Assembly (NCBI GenBank): GCA_024402095.1
Contig: JAKSJU010000001.1
Coordinates: forward strand, 21,248-85,247
Direction: 5' to 3'
From: Bacteroidales bacterium
GTDB lineage: Bacteria; Bacteroidota; Bacteroidia; Bacteroidales; UBA932
Length of the DNA stretch: 64,000 nt
This document shows positions 28,652-40,536 of the stretch, piece after piece (the stretch's first letter is position 1; every line of letters begins with the position of its first letter). Both the position numbers and the translations under genes were made by a program. The notes beneath the pieces are model-generated. The model searched no databases. It saw only the letters and a list, made by a program, of their open reading frames with translations, and was not told the DNA's origin.

Positions 28652-28728
28652 GTACTAAAACCTAAACCATAATCAAGATGCAGGTTTGACTGCATTCGTT
28701 GCATGGTCAGGTGAAAAATTCGTAAAAA

Positions 28729-28905
28729 TTATTTCTTTGCTTCAGCAACTGAAACTTTGCGGAACTCCTTGAGTTCTTTCATGAGTTCGAGAGCAGCCTT
28801 GCGAGCGCGTGCGCCTGCAGCTTTGTTTCCCTTTACAACCTGAGCCTCTGCATTAACTTTGAATGCCTCAAGGTTTGCATTGATCTGATCGACGAGCTTT
28901 TTCAT
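28729..28905 (-). CDS. Histone H1-like protein (Hc1 family), 58 aa
   Basis: Translated by hand: MKKLVDQINANLEAFKVNAEAQVVKGNKAAGARARKAALELMKELKEFRKVSVAEAKK*, containing the KGNKAAG.RARK signature. Confidence 0.88.
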   Translation of the reverse strand: MKKLVDQINANLEAFKVNAEAQVVKGNKAAGARARKAALELMKELKEFRKVSVAEAKK

Positions 28906-29022
28906 TTTGTCAAATTTTTAAGTGTTTATAATAATAGAATAGAAATCAACAAATTAGCAACTTCTCGCAAGATAAAGAATAGAAATCTTAAATGCAAAAA
29001 AAATCTGCTAAAAATCTAATTT

Positions 29023-29604
29023 TTAGCGATTTATCTTCGAATTCAGGTCTGTCATGGCCTTTTGGATACCCACAAAGGCCCATTCCTGCACACCTTCAAT
29101 GACTTTCTTGCACAGTTCCGGCATAGCCGAAAGCTCTTCGTCACTCATCTTTCCGATCACGTAATCGACCTGGCCACCTTCGTGGAAATCGTGCCCGATT
29201 CCCATGCGCACTCTGGCGAATGACACTGTTCCTATGAGTTCGATAATGTTCTTGAGTCCGTTGTGCCCTCCGTCGCTTCCGCTTCCGCGCATTCTGAGAT
29301 TGCCGAAAGGAAGGTTGAGGTCATCGCATATGACAACAATGTTCTCGACTGGGATTTCAAGCTCGTTCATCCAGTATCTGACAGCGTTTCCGCTCAGGTT
29401 CATGTATGTCGAGGGCTTGAGCAGATGAAATTTTCTCCCCTTGACGGATACGGTTGCGATATCCCCGTATCTGGCTGTATTGAAAACGATATTGGACGCC
29501 TGAGACCAGGCATCCAATACCATAAAACCCATATTGTGTCTGGTCAGAGCATACTCGGAACCAATATTGCCGAGTCCTACTACCAGATAGCTTCTCTCAG
29601 ACAC
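29023..29604 (-). CDS. pth: Peptidyl-tRNA hydrolase
   Basis: VGLGNIG, TRHNMGF, KPSTYMNLSG, GGHNGLK. Confidence 0.96.
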   Translation of the reverse strand: MSERSYLVVGLGNIGSEYALTRHNMGFMVLDAWSQASNIVFNTARYGDIATVSVKGRKFHLLKPSTYMNLSGNAVRYWMNELEIPVENIVVICDDLNLPFGNLRMRGSGSDGGHNGLKNIIELIGTVSFARVRMGIGHDFHEGGQVDYVIGKMSDEELSAMPELCKKVIEGVQEWAFVGIQKAMTDLNSKINR

Positions 29605-29615
29605 AACAGTCAGGA

Positions 29616-30209
29616 TTATTCAGCGGCTTCTTCGCCTTCTGCAGTTGCTTCAGCGCTGACGTTACGTGTTGTGTTGACACCGCAGATGACTGCATCCTTG
29701 TCTGTGAGGACGCAGATGTTGTCAAGCTTGACGTCACCGGCCTTGATCTTCTTCTCGATTCCGAGGCTAGTGATATCGATGGTAACATCATCAGGAAGTT
29801 TTGCCATGAGGGCGCTGATGCGGATCTTACGTGAGCTCTGGAAGAACTTACCACCCTGCTGAACACCGATAGCGTGTCCTGTGATAACGATAGGAACGTC
29901 GATTGCGATAGGCTTCTTCTCGTCAACTGCGAGGAAATCCACGTGCAGGCAATTGTCTGTTACCGGGTGGAACTGAAGCTCATGAAGGATTGCACTGTAT
30001 TTCTTGTCACCGTCAAGAACGAGGTCGACAATAAACGACTTAGGTGTATCTGTAACACCCTTGAGATCCTTTGCGCTTACTGTGAAAAGTACGTTCTCGA
30101 GTCCGAGACCATAAAGATTGCAAGGAACGAGACCCTGCTTGCGGAAAGCCTTGAGAGCGGCTTTTCCATTGGCCTGACGAATCTGGCCTTTGAGTTCAAA
30201 ATGCTGCAT
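29616..30209 (-). CDS. rplY: 50S ribosomal protein bL25/Ctc
   Basis: R..G.VPCNLYG, QFHPVTD..LHVDF, GVQQGG. Confidence 0.95.
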   Translation of the reverse strand: MQHFELKGQIRQANGKAALKAFRKQGLVPCNLYGLGLENVLFTVSAKDLKGVTDTPKSFIVDLVLDGDKKYSAILHELQFHPVTDNCLHVDFLAVDEKKPIAIDVPIVITGHAIGVQQGGKFFQSSRKIRISALMAKLPDDVTIDITSLGIEKKIKAGDVKLDNICVLTDKDAVICGVNTTRNVSAEATAEGEEAAE

Positions 30210-30312
30210 TCTGTTTGTTTTTAAAATGTGTTACTCAGTTCTCCGGAGAGAACCCCATTGCACCAAAACCCTGTGGGTTTTAAAATGCGGGCGCAAATAT
30301 ATGAATAAAAAT

Positions 30313-31449
30313 TTACTTAACCAATTGTGTTGCAGTGTTCCAGGACAGAGATTTGTAATATCCGTCAAGAAAATCGTTTCCGGCGGAAGGAAGATACATG
30401 CTCAGGCCGCAGAAATGGTTTATGTCGATGGTCATGAATCTCTTGGATGCTTTCCTGAAAAACAGGCATTCTTCGAGTGCGTCGGAAAGTATCTTGTTTT
30501 CCACGTCATCGGTACCGCACTGCTGCAGGATGTCCTCAAGGTCGTAGAACCAGTTGTGCCCGCCCTGACCGTAGCACTGGACTTTTTCCGGATTGATCTG
30601 CCACAGCTTTGCCCTGTATTTGTCGAACAGAGTGCTGCAGACACTGACCAGAGGATCCAGTTTGCGGCAGTTGATGCCTGAAATGGTGGCTCCGTAGAGC
30701 GAACTTTCAGAGTACAGGTCGAAATAGTCCTGGCAGACTTTGTCCAGTCCGTACGGAGCATCTTTCAGAAGGCTCCCGATGAGGCTGGAATAATTGAACC
30801 CGTCGGTAGGCACTTCGACGCAAGATGCAATAATATTGTCACAGACGTCCTTCATTTCGTATGCAGTCTCGACTCCACCCATCAGGCAGGCATCGAAAAT
30901 GATATAGTCAAGATGGATGCTGACGGCTTTGGCCAGGTCCTGTATCGTCATTTCCACCTTCCCTTCGCTGTCCGTGTAGCCGGGACCCAGGCTTTTTGTG
31001 CGCGGGTGGTCATAATATCCCGTAGGAAGCCATCCGGAGCCGTGAGAAGAAAACATGGCTCCGTAGTGATCGGAAGGAAAATGCTCAGCTATATAGCTGA
31101 ATACCTCCCTTATGCAGTCTTTGTCAAAGGTGCGTGTGCCTCCGGGAAATGAGACAAGGGTGTCCTTGAGTACATTTCCATAGATGTCGGAATAAACGTG
31201 GATCAGGTATGGGGTGAATTTGGTGTGGTCCATATATATGACCGCCTTTGCACTTCCCTTGAGCGGGAGAGGGGATTTTTCTAATGACCGGATATTCCTT
31301 GTGAGGTCAAGTGTCTGGTAGCCCTCGAAAAACAGTACAACCACGCGGCTGTACGGTTTGCCGCTGTCATACATGTCCTTGGTCTGGCAGGAACTGAACA
31401 GGAACGCTGCAAGACACAGGGCAGTAATTATTGCCGATAACCTTCTCAT
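30313..31449 (-). CDS. Clostripain (C11) family cysteine peptidase, lipoprotein
   Basis: Signal ending LFSSC, His-Cys dyad motifs SHGSGW and FDACLMG, GLSMYLP. Start moved to ATG 31449. Confidence 0.85.
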   Translation of the reverse strand: MRRLSAIITALCLAAFLFSSCQTKDMYDSGKPYSRVVVLFFEGYQTLDLTRNIRSLEKSPLPLKGSAKAVIYMDHTKFTPYLIHVYSDIYGNVLKDTLVSFPGGTRTFDKDCIREVFSYIAEHFPSDHYGAMFSSHGSGWLPTGYYDHPRTKSLGPGYTDSEGKVEMTIQDLAKAVSIHLDYIIFDACLMGGVETAYEMKDVCDNIIASCVEVPTDGFNYSSLIGSLLKDAPYGLDKVCQDYFDLYSESSLYGATISGINCRKLDPLVSVCSTLFDKYRAKLWQINPEKVQCYGQGGHNWFYDLEDILQQCGTDDVENKILSDALEECLFFRKASKRFMTIDINHFCGLSMYLPSAGNDFLDGYYKSLSWNTATQLVK

Positions 31450-31488
31450 ACCCCAAAGATAAGCATCTTTTGTTATATTTGTATTCAT

Positions 31489-32367
31489 ATGGAAACTGAA
31501 AGACTGATAGCGGACTTCACTTATTACTTGAGGATGGAGCGTAAACTTTCACCGAACACGGTGACATCCTATACTTCTGAGGTGCGCAGTTTCCTGTCTT
31601 TTGCGAAATCGGTGCCGGAAAAGGTTCAGTCCGAAGAAATAGTTGAATACCTGGGCTCGAAGTACGGGAAAATGTCCAAAAGGACGCAGTCCCATATCCT
31701 GAGTTCGCTCAAGTGCTTCTATGACTATCTGATTATGGAAGGGCTGGCCGCTGAGAACCCCTGCGACCGCGTGGACTCTCCGAAACTTGGCCGCTATCTG
31801 CCTGATGTCCTTTCGGTAGAGGAAGTGACGGCAATCATAGAGAGCGTGCCTCTGAATGATACCAAGGGTATAAGGGATAGGGCTCTGCTGGAGATTCTGT
31901 ACGGCTGCGGGCTGCGTGTTTCGGAAGCCTGCAACCTGAAAATCTCTCACGTATATCTGGAGGACGGTTTTGTCAGGGTGGTGGGAAAAGGAGACAAGGA
32001 AAGGCTCGTTCCGCTCGGACAGATGGCTGCAGATGCATTCAGGGCATATATGGCAGTGCGCCCCGACGCTGCGGCTCCCGCATATGATGACATCGCTTTT
32101 CTTAACCGTTTCGGCAAGCCGCTGAGCCGGGTGGCGGTTTTCAATATGGTCAAGAAACAAGCGTTGCTCGCCGGCGTGGACAAAGAGATTTCACCCCATA
32201 CCTTCAGACACTCATTCGCGACCCATATGATAGAGAATGGAGCGGATCTGCGTGTCGTTCAGGATATGCTGGGGCATGAGAGTGTGCTCACAACGGAGAT
32301 TTATACCCACATTGATGCCAGAACCTGGCAGGCTAACGTGCTGAGCCACCATCCAAGACGCGGTTGA
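31489..32367 (+). CDS. xerD: Site-specific tyrosine recombinase XerD/XerC
   Basis: RDRALLEILYGCGLRVSE, GKGDKER, HTFRHSFATH, LGH, TTEIYTH. Confidence 0.88.
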   Translation: METERLIADFTYYLRMERKLSPNTVTSYTSEVRSFLSFAKSVPEKVQSEEIVEYLGSKYGKMSKRTQSHILSSLKCFYDYLIMEGLAAENPCDRVDSPKLGRYLPDVLSVEEVTAIIESVPLNDTKGIRDRALLEILYGCGLRVSEACNLKISHVYLEDGFVRVVGKGDKERLVPLGQMAADAFRAYMAVRPDAAAPAYDDIAFLNRFGKPLSRVAVFNMVKKQALLAGVDKEISPHTFRHSFATHMIENGADLRVVQDMLGHESVLTTEIYTHIDARTWQANVLSHHPRRG

Positions 32368-32797
32368 CCGCGCTTTCCACGTCAGAATATTCATATCCTC
32401 GCGACAAGGCGAATCTGATGAGCTTGTATTTTTTCTGGGGATCGCCTTCCAGACTTCCTGCTTTTGCCTCCAGAATTCTTTCCAGTTTGGAAGATGCCCG
32501 CTGTGAGTCTATCTCCTGGAGCGCGGAGTCTATGATTTGAGAATCTATCTTCTTGGCTTTAAGTGCGAACCTGATTTTTACGGGTCCCCATCCTGTCAAG
32601 GCTGACTTTTCCCGTGCGAAAGCCGAAGCATACCTAAGGTCATCAACGAATCCCTCCTCTGTCAGCCTGCGGACAAGCTCATCGGCCAGGGACGCATCCC
32701 CTTCGGCCTTTTTATAAGCCTTCTGACGGATGTCCGAGATGCAGTATTCACGCTTGGCGCAGATTGCCTCCAGGTAGTTTAGAATCTTGTTGTCCAT
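32333..32797 (-). CDS. recX: Regulatory protein RecX
   Basis: CAKREYC, FVDDLRYA, WGPVKI, FALSRGY. Confidence 0.88.
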   Translation of the reverse strand: MDNKILNYLEAICAKREYCISDIRQKAYKKAEGDASLADELVRRLTEEGFVDDLRYASAFAREKSALTGWGPVKIRFALKAKKIDSQIIDSALQEIDSQRASSKLERILEAKAGSLEGDPQKKYKLIRFALSRGYEYSDVESAVNRVLDGGSAR

Positions 32798-32799
32798 AA

Positions 32800-35172
32800 T
32801 CAGAAATCCAGTCCCAGAGCGATATAGAAGCCGACCTTATGAGTAAGGTCCGACCAGTGGACATTGGCTTTCAGCGGTCCGGCGATAGTGTTGTACCCGA
32901 CTTCCAGCCCCAGCCCGTAATAGTCCGGTCTCATGTCTTTCATCATATCCCTGAAGTCCTCCTCCATCTTGATGTATCCTCCTATGGCGGAAATGAAGAG
33001 GTCTTCGACAGGATTCAATCTGAAAGCCAGATTCAGGACGGCGGTATGCCGGTCGGTGGCGAGGACGTCGTTGAATCCGATGAACGGAATCTGCTGCTCC
33101 AAGTATCTGCCGGCCATATCTCCTCCCACGTAGTTCAGATGTGAGACAGAGAACTCGTTTCCGAGCACGTTCCTGAGATGGAAATCCGGAACGATACTGA
33201 ATTTGCCCATCGGAATGACACCCTTGAAATTCAGGGATATCTCATGGATTCCCAGGAAATCTTTGTATCCGGCCCTGACGAAGTCATAACCGTAATTGAT
33301 GTCGAGGTTGACACCCTTCAGCGGATAGTATATGTCATCGAGCGTGTAGAGGGTGGCGTTGGCGAAGGCACCCAGATAATCGCCTTCCGTCGGCAGTGCG
33401 TCATAGGTGCTGGCGATGTATTTGAAATACCTGTTCCTGAGTCCGGCCCTGATGTCGAATTTCGTCCATCTTATATTGGAGATGTACAGTTTCTCGCTGT
33501 GTCCCCAGAAATCGAATCTTCTCATGTTTCCATCCTCATGGATGTTGCCGGTTTTCCTGAAGATGCCGGCTTCTGCATTGATGGTCGGAAGTTTGAGGGG
33601 ATTGAGTGTGAACCGCACGCCGGCGGCCGCATTCTGCCCGAGCTTTGCTGAGAAGTTGACATTCGACCCGGCCAGTTTGTGTACGTTGAATCCCACGTCG
33701 AGAAGAAGGGAAGCCCATTCTTCCGTATCCACCCGGACCCCGATACCGGCCTGATTGGCAGGGGAAGGCTTGCAGTTGAATATCAGACTGTACGGCTCTT
33801 CCTTCCCGGAAAGGACATAATGTATCTCGCTGAATGCACCGGTGGCGTATAATTTTGATACAGCGTCATCGAGCATTTTACCGTTGACTTTGCTCCCTGC
33901 ATATATTTTGGACTTTTTGCGGAGTATTTCCGATTCCTTGTCGCTGACCCCTTTGAAAACAACTTTGTCGATAAGCACCGGGGTCCGGTTGATGTTCACG
34001 GCGGCAGGGGCGTTCAGCCTTCGCCCGTGGTCGCGAGTCAGTTCTTTGATGCTTCGGAGAGTATCCACGTTCTCATCAGCGGCCCTGTGACCTCTCGAGA
34101 AAAGGGTGTCAATGGCCTCGGAATTGAAACTGAGCATGTTGTATCCCGAGATGTCGGGATGTATATATATGTCAGCCATAGGTACTGTCCTGTCGAATGA
34201 CTCTTTGGACAGCATGTTCATGAACTGGGACAGAATATTCCCAATGTTGTTGACTTCAGGATTTTCCTCTTCGTCATCAGAGAGACTGACTCCGATTATG
34301 ATGTCGGCACCCATGGCGCGGGCAAGGTCCGTCGGGAAATTGTTCCTCGTTCCGCCGTCGACCAGTACCATTCCATCGGTGCGGACAGGATTGAACAGTC
34401 CAGGTATGGACATTGTTGAGCGCAATGCGGTGCGGAACTCTCCCTTTCCCCAGTTCTTTTCCTTACAGCTGACCATATCCGTGGCGACGCAGAAGAACGG
34501 AACAGGCAGATCCATGAAATCCAGGCTGTCCAGATATCCGACAGACAGGCTTGAGAGAAGATTCCCGAAATGAAGGCCGTTGATGTATCCCGAAGGAAGT
34601 GACGCGGCAAGCGATGCTCCTCTCCTTCTTCCGTTATCCGCACCTATGTCGAAACCTTTCTGGAAAGGGAAGCGGAGCTGATGCCTGGAATCGAACATCT
34701 TGGTGTCATAGGCTATATATGCCGGGTTGATCTGGTCATAGATGATTTCGCTCCAGTTCGCGGTGCGGAAGAGGCCTGCTATGAAATCCGAATCGTAGCC
34801 TAGGCTGAGTATGCCTCCGATGAGGCCTCCCATGCTTGTGCCGCATATCATGTCTATCGGGATGTCAAGGTCTTCCAGCGCCTTGATGACTCCAAGCTGG
34901 GCGGCTCCCTTGGCTCCGCCTCCACTGAGTACCAGCGCTATAACCGGACGGTCTTCCGCCGTGCGGATGCTGTCGGAATAATGCCTCATCGCAGCAATCA
35001 TAACCGAATCACCGGCAGGGTCCACACTATCCCTCACAAGACCGTTCGGCTGGTCCTGTGCATATGTATGGAGAACAGACAGAGCGCCCAGGGCTAGGCA
35101 GCAGAATGCTTTCCGGCAAGCATGCCGCAGGCTGCCAGGATGTCTTCTCCTCTTGATGAGCGGATGGTGCAT
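32800..35172 (-). CDS. Patatin-like phospholipase with POTRA and Omp85-type barrel (PlpD-like)
   Basis: LSGGGAKG, GTSMG, DGG..NNFP and a C-terminal barrel strand ending GLDF. Start is uncertain. Confidence 0.85.
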   Translation of the reverse strand: MHHPLIKRRRHPGSLRHACRKAFCCLALGALSVLHTYAQDQPNGLVRDSVDPAGDSVMIAAMRHYSDSIRTAEDRPVIALVLSGGGAKGAAQLGVIKALEDLDIPIDMICGTSMGGLIGGILSLGYDSDFIAGLFRTANWSEIIYDQINPAYIAYDTKMFDSRHQLRFPFQKGFDIGADNGRRRGASLAASLPSGYINGLHFGNLLSSLSVGYLDSLDFMDLPVPFFCVATDMVSCKEKNWGKGEFRTALRSTMSIPGLFNPVRTDGMVLVDGGTRNNFPTDLARAMGADIIIGVSLSDDEEENPEVNNIGNILSQFMNMLSKESFDRTVPMADIYIHPDISGYNMLSFNSEAIDTLFSRGHRAADENVDTLRSIKELTRDHGRRLNAPAAVNINRTPVLIDKVVFKGVSDKESEILRKKSKIYAGSKVNGKMLDDAVSKLYATGAFSEIHYVLSGKEEPYSLIFNCKPSPANQAGIGVRVDTEEWASLLLDVGFNVHKLAGSNVNFSAKLGQNAAAGVRFTLNPLKLPTINAEAGIFRKTGNIHEDGNMRRFDFWGHSEKLYISNIRWTKFDIRAGLRNRYFKYIASTYDALPTEGDYLGAFANATLYTLDDIYYPLKGVNLDINYGYDFVRAGYKDFLGIHEISLNFKGVIPMGKFSIVPDFHLRNVLGNEFSVSHLNYVGGDMAGRYLEQQIPFIGFNDVLATDRHTAVLNLAFRLNPVEDLFISAIGGYIKMEEDFRDMMKDMRPDYYGLGLEVGYNTIAGPLKANVHWSDLTHKVGFYIALGLDF

Positions 35173-36110
35173 AGTATTCCGTTGTTGTTCAATCTGTCCC
35201 TGAAAGCTTCCATCGAACTGTCGCTTGCAGTGTCATATGGAAAATCCGGTATTTTGTGAAATCGGATAAGGTTGACTCTGCATTCTATACCTTTCAGCAG
35301 CCTTATCAGGGCATCGGCGTGCACTTTGTCGTCATTGAATCCGGCGAACATGGTGTATTCGAAACTTACTCTTCTCTGACCGCTGAAGTCATATTGCCTT
35401 ATCAACTCGATGACGTCCTGCAAATGATATGCCTTCTGTACAGGCATCATCTGCAGCCTCTCCTCAGGGAAAGGGTTGTGGAGACTTATGGCGAGGTGGC
35501 ATTTCTCCTCATCGAGGAAACGCCTGAGTGTCGGAATTACGCCTATCGAACTTACCGTGATGCGTTTCGGACTCCAGGCGAAGCCCCAGTCGGCGGTCAG
35601 TATCCGGATGGCTCTGGATACTGCCTCATAATTGTCGAGAGGCTCTCCCATGCCCATGAAGACAGTGTTGGTCAGATCCTGAGCTTCGTCGATGCTTATG
35701 AACTGGTTGATGATGTCGGCGGCGCTCAGGTTGCCGTGCCATCCCTGCCGTCCCGTCATGCAGAACTTGCAGCCCATTTTGCATCCTGCCTGGGAACTGA
35801 CGCAGAGGGTCCTGCGGTCATCATCCGGGATCATCACGGCCTCGACGGCGCCGCCCTCGACGGCGAACAGGTATTTCCTGGTGCCGTCAGAAGACTCCGC
35901 CACACCTATGGGGGCGCTTGTCCCGAGCTCGAATCTTTCCGCCAGAAGATCTTTGGAGGCCTTGCTGATGTTGGTCATCCTGTCCCAGGAAGAGACCTTC
36001 TTGACATACAGCCATTCGGCCAGCTGCCTGCCCACGAAACTCTTCAGGCCACAGCTTTCAGCAGCGGCCTTGAGCTCGTCCAGAGTCATTCCCAATAACT
36101 TTTCTTTCAC
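35094..36110 (-). CDS. rlmN: 23S rRNA m2A2503 / tRNA methyltransferase RlmN
   Basis: CVSSQAGCKMGCKFC, FMGMGEP, AISLH, AACGML. Confidence 0.95.
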   Translation of the reverse strand: MKEKLLGMTLDELKAAAESCGLKSFVGRQLAEWLYVKKVSSWDRMTNISKASKDLLAERFELGTSAPIGVAESSDGTRKYLFAVEGGAVEAVMIPDDDRRTLCVSSQAGCKMGCKFCMTGRQGWHGNLSAADIINQFISIDEAQDLTNTVFMGMGEPLDNYEAVSRAIRILTADWGFAWSPKRITVSSIGVIPTLRRFLDEEKCHLAISLHNPFPEERLQMMPVQKAYHLQDVIELIRQYDFSGQRRVSFEYTMFAGFNDDKVHADALIRLLKGIECRVNLIRFHKIPDFPYDTASDSSMEAFRDRLNNNGILCTIRSSRGEDILAACGMLAGKHSAA

Positions 36111-36166
36111 AAGGCAAAATTAATGATTTTTAACTATATTTGTAAACACTAAAATTCTAATTGTTT

Positions 36167-38337
<2,171 letters not shown>

Positions 38338-38346
38338 GTTCTGATT

Positions 38347-38919
38347 CTATTTCTCTTTTGCGCGCGCCTTGTTGAAACAGTCGCGGCAGAGAGGCTCGTA
38401 TGAATCCTTTTCACCAAGGACTACGAGGTCCTTGCTCTTTACGAGACGATGTGAGTGCTGGGCGAGATTTCCGCAGCGTACACAGATGGCGTGGACTTTC
38501 TGAACGTCTTCGGCTATTGCCATCAACTTGGGCATAGGACCGAAAGGCTTGCCGAGGAAATCGGTGTCGAGACCGGCGACGATGACTCTGATGCCATGGT
38601 CTGCAAGGAACTGAACCACATCCACAAGGCTGTCATCGAAGAACTGGGCTTCATCAATGCCGATTACCTGCACACCCTGCTCGACCTCGAGCATTTCTGC
38701 AGGACTTGAAATAGGCTTCGAAGTGATGCTGGTGGCATCATGGGACACGACCTCGATATCAGAATATCTGTTGTCAACCTTAGGTTTGTAGATGGCGATC
38801 TTCTGGTTGGCGAACTGTGCACGGCGCAGGCGGCGGATAAGTTCTTCTGTCTTGCCTGAAAACATAGAACCGCATATGACTTCTATGTAGCCCGTTTTTT
38901 TATGATTTTCTGATAACAT
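38347..38919 (-). CDS. tdk: Thymidine kinase
   Basis: [32 protein letters not shown]. Start moved to 38919. Confidence 0.96.
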   Translation of the reverse strand: MLSENHKKTGYIEVICGSMFSGKTEELIRRLRRAQFANQKIAIYKPKVDNRYSDIEVVSHDATSITSKPISSPAEMLEVEQGVQVIGIDEAQFFDDSLVDVVQFLADHGIRVIVAGLDTDFLGKPFGPMPKLMAIAEDVQKVHAICVRCGNLAQHSHRLVKSKDLVVLGEKDSYEPLCRDCFNKARAKEK

Positions 38920-38957
38920 TGTGTAATTTTGTGGTTGGTGTATGCAAATATAACAAA

Positions 38958-39722
38958 ATGGAAGCGAAGCGCCAAGGAATTTTGAGTATAGTTCCGACAC
39001 CGGTCGGAAATCTGGAGGATATGACCTTGAGGGCCGTCAGGACCCTGAAAGAGGCTGACCTTATCCTGGCTGAAGACACCAGGACCAGTTCCGTGCTGCT
39101 CCAGCATTTCGACATACACGCAAAACTCCTTTCCCATCATAAGTTCAATGAACACGAGACGGTGGGAATGATAAAGGAGAAAATACTTGCCGGAGCCAAC
39201 ATTGCGCTCATCAGCGACGCCGGCACTCCGGGAATTTCCGATCCCGGTTTTCTGCTGGCCAGGGAGTGTGCAGCAGAGGGGATAGAGGTTATGACTCTTC
39301 CCGGACCGACCGCATGCATCCCCGCGCTGGTGTCATCCGGCCTGCCTTGTGACCGTTTCTGCTTCGAAGGCTTCCTGCCGCAGAAAAAAGGCAGACTCTC
39401 TGTGCTCTCTTCATTGTCTGCCGAGCAGCGCACAATGATTTTCTACGAATCTCCATACCGTCTTGTCAAGACTCTGGAGCAGTTTGCGGAAGTATTCGGT
39501 CCGGACAGGGAGTGCTCCGTCGCCAGGGAAATCTCCAAGATTCATGAGCAGCACGTGCGCGGGACCGTATCGGAAGTCCTTTCGCATTTCAGGGAAGTTG
39601 AACCGAAGGGTGAAATCGTAATCGTCGTGTCCGGGGCAAGGCAGCAGGCGCGCGGCGAGCATAAAAACAAGTATAGGGAGATGGGAGAAAGAAGGGGAGA
39701 TGAATCATCAGAAGAAGAATAA
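38958..39722 (+). CDS. rsmI: 16S rRNA C1402 2'-O-methyltransferase
   Basis: [42 protein letters not shown]. Confidence 0.95.
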   Translation: MEAKRQGILSIVPTPVGNLEDMTLRAVRTLKEADLILAEDTRTSSVLLQHFDIHAKLLSHHKFNEHETVGMIKEKILAGANIALISDAGTPGISDPGFLLARECAAEGIEVMTLPGPTACIPALVSSGLPCDRFCFEGFLPQKKGRLSVLSSLSAEQRTMIFYESPYRLVKTLEQFAEVFGPDRECSVAREISKIHEQHVRGTVSEVLSHFREVEPKGEIVIVVSGARQQARGEHKNKYREMGERRGDESSEEE

Positions 39723-40536
39723 GTCCTCATCGGTTTTCAAGGTCGGGACTGTTTCGCTTGCATTTCTTATTATCGGTTACCAGGCAGCATTGTTCGTGAA
39801 CCATGCAGCCATGGCACGCGTGTCCGGAAACCGGGACATCCCGGACACGGTATTTGTCTATGCCGGGGCGGACAGTGCTGCGTCGAGAACTGTGGTCAGG
39901 GAAATCCGTTCCACACCGGAAGGGCGCGTGGAACTGTTCGATTTCAATCCTAATACCGTCACGGAAGGGGAGTTGTGCCGGCTTGGTTTCAGCGAAAAAC
40001 AGGCGGCTTCGATTGTGTCCTATGTCAGCAAAGGTGGCAGGTTCCGCAGAAAAAGTGATTTCTCAAAGTCCTATGTCGTGTCTGAAGAGATGTACAGCAG
40101 ACTTGAACCGTATATTGTAATTCCGAAGGTGGATATCAATAGGGCTGATTCCGCCGCATTTGACGCCCTGCCCGGCATCGGTGCATATTTTGCGGCGAAG
40201 ATGGTTTCATATAGGGAGGAACTTGGCGGCTACGCGTATCCCGAGCAGCTGATGGATATCTGGAATTTCGGTCAGGAACGCTATGATGCCTTGAAGGACC
40301 TTATCTGCTGCAGCGCTCCGTACAAGCCCTTCGATCTCTGGAACCTCCCGGCGGATTCTCTGGCCAGGCACCCTTATATCCGCAGCCGCAGTGTGGCCCG
40401 TTCCATAGTACTCTATCGGGAAAACATGCCTGACAGCCTATGCACGGTGCAGGGGCTCGGTGATGCCGGGATACTTTCAGATTCTATTGTGCGGAAGCTG
40501 TCCCGCTGTCTGTCTCCGGGCGGTAGCGGAGTTTGA
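39700..40536 (+). CDS. Membrane-anchored helix-hairpin-helix protein (ComEA-like)
   Basis: N-terminal TM segment, FNPNT...LGF and DINRADSAAFDALPGIG HhH repeats. Confidence 0.8.
   Translation: MNHQKKNKSSSVFKVGTVSLAFLIIGYQAALFVNHAAMARVSGNRDIPDTVFVYAGADSAASRTVVREIRSTPEGRVELFDFNPNTVTEGELCRLGFSEKQAASIVSYVSKGGRFRRKSDFSKSYVVSEEMYSRLEPYIVIPKVDINRADSAAFDALPGIGAYFAAKMVSYREELGGYAYPEQLMDIWNFGQERYDALKDLICCSAPYKPFDLWNLPADSLARHPYIRSRSVARSIVLYRENMPDSLCTVQGLGDAGILSDSIVRKLSRCLSPGGSGV

Noticed and set aside
28327-28704. 125-aa minus-strand ORF crossing the hc1 terminator
   Set aside because: It runs through a clear terminator, overlaps the M6 gene out of frame, and has no protein-like features.
31489-32367. 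Tyrosine recombinase as a mobile-element integrase
   Set aside because: It has XerD-like length and motifs and housekeeping neighbours. No att repeats, tRNA or cargo genes are present.
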